NCBI GenBank assembly: GCA_040954595.2
Contig: CM082589.2
Location: forward strand, 8,378,232-8,442,231
Source of the DNA: Balanoglossus misakiensis
Taxonomy: Eukaryota > Animalia > Hemichordata
Length of the DNA: 64,000 nt
Reading direction: 5' to 3'
Shown here: positions 62,392 to 64,000 of the stretch, one piece after another
Layout: the number at the start of each line of letters is the position of its first letter
Position numbering within the stretch: position 1 is the first letter of the stretch
The notes under the pieces: generated by a model
Seen by the model: the letters and a program-made list of their open reading frames with translations, nothing else
What the model was told of the DNA's origin: nothing
The model's database searches: none
Program-made: the position numbers and the translations under genes

Positions 62392-63117
62392 GGGGGCATT
62401 GCATGAAAAGTTGTGATTTTTGCCTAATTTTTTTTACATAAATCGGTAGGTCTAATACTGACCCACATTCTGACAAATGCGTCTTGGCGGAAATGGAACA
62501 TGATCACCCAAAAATAGCACTTTTCTAAATGAGTCCGCAGCTTAAGAAATAGGTGTCAACAATGCAAATTGCCATTTTTCTCAGTTTGCATTTTCGCTGC
62601 TTTTGACAATTTCAGAAGAATTTAGCTCCGCTCTGCGTTGGCCGAATTTGCTCAAATTTTAACAGGGGATTGTGTATGACCCATCTAACAAAATAATTTT
62701 TTTTAGTCGATAAAGTGTCCCTGGCGGGAATAATCTCTGATTCAATACAACTCATCGTTAATTTGATCAAATTTTCTAAAAATCTAACTTTCAAACGCTG
62801 TTACTCCTCAATGGAAGCAGATAACGCAAAACAAAATTTTCATTTGTTTGCACGTGTACTATAGTTTCGAAAGACATATTAAGATGCATGATGCATGGTT
62901 AACTTTTTACCTAATTCAAATTGAATGAGATAATATCAAAAATTGTTTTTTTAAACCCAAAAACGCAACCATTTCCGGGGGTCAATAAAATATGCAACTC
63001 AAACAAAAGTTCAAACATTCAGCTTCCACAATATATATGGTTTAAGGGGGTTTTAACGTTGTCTTTGACGAGAAATAGGCCTCTGAAAAAGTCTTGATGG
63101 TTTCGTGCAATGCCACC
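62392..63117. mobile_element. TTAA-flanked non-autonomous DNA transposon (Kolobok-like)
   Basis: TTAA|GGGGGCATTGCATGAAA ... TTTCGTGCAATGCCACC|TTAA. Confidence 0.65.
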
Positions 63118-64000
63118 TTAAAGTCCCATGAGCTGCAACTCGATAAACAATATGCTTTAAATAATCTCGGATATGCTTTTAATTTCGTCTATTAAATGAT
63201 ATTACCTGATACTAAATACAAAAAACAAAACATTTTATTTGTGATAAAATATCAAAAAAGAAATATAAGTACAGTAAAAGATTCACGCAGTTTTAAATAA
63301 GTGAAATCTTGCAATGAAAAAAATAAAAATGTAATGTCTCTCTTGGTAAACCATACCCAATAAAGAAATGAACATGTACCGGTACATTAACTATAACGTT
63401 ATTAAGGAATTGTCCTATACAAATTTTCTTCATATTTCAGAATGGAGAAAAACAACACACTACATATTCTTGTTTTGTCTCTCGTCATGAACTGTTTTAA
63501 ACTGTTTTGTCAGGCTGAAGAATCAGGTAATTGACTTCGTATGGTGATTGGAGAGAGAGAGAGAAGGGGGGAGGGTGTTTGTGGTAGTATCGAATGCCAA
63601 ACACACCATGGCACCCACATACTACAAACTGAAAACAAACCAAAACTATATTCGCTTGCGGCAAAGCTTTATTATTTATCTGGTTAAAACTTGCATATGC
63701 ACTCATATTTAGGGTTTATAATGCTTGTGTATAGTTCACTGCCTTCATCTGCATGGACTACTGGTAGTACAGTTTGAAACTAAAATTATGATAATTATCC
63801 CAAAAGTTACAGCTTATGTGCCTTTAATGACATAATTTATTTATAATTCCATGGCGTGTGTTTGGTTTTTAATGAGCATTACTTTTGTGCATCTTTGTTT
63901 AACAGATCTTAGAATGGTCTTTGTGCATGTGAACGCCATAAATGAAATCATACCATTGGATGAGCCCAGTGGACTCGTACCCGTCATTAATTACCACAAC

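Noticed and set aside
59450-64000. Possible gene at the right end
   Set aside because: Only short ORFs, low-complexity DNA and MITEs; I could not build a coherent exon chain.

Overview
AT-rich, intron-containing animal genomic DNA. It looks like an invertebrate deuterostome, but the taxon is inferred, not shown. From left to right: (1) the last four coding exons of an Aveugle/SAMD10/12-type SAM protein; (2) a roughly 1308-aa, 10-coding-exon TGS1 trimethylguanosine synthase, with an internally duplicated N-terminal module and a U12-type AT-AC intron; (3) a frameshifted, LRR-less DED-NACHT (NLR-like) gene; (4) a tandem array (29-58 kb) of six intronless three-Ig-domain type I membrane receptor genes, A-F; (5) two nested Ty3/Gypsy LTR retrotransposons inserted in the 5' region of copy F; (6) many MITEs and retroelement fragments. 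The standout is the Ig array, which looks like an invertebrate paired immune-receptor system. Copies C and E share near-identical Ig2-Ig3 sequence, but C (like A) has two YxxL-x7-YxxL ITAM-like motifs while E has three ITIM-like motifs. Variation is concentrated in one patch of the V domain, and ectodomain and tail modules have been shuffled between copies. All exon joins, alignments and motif calls were made by eye, with no database searches.
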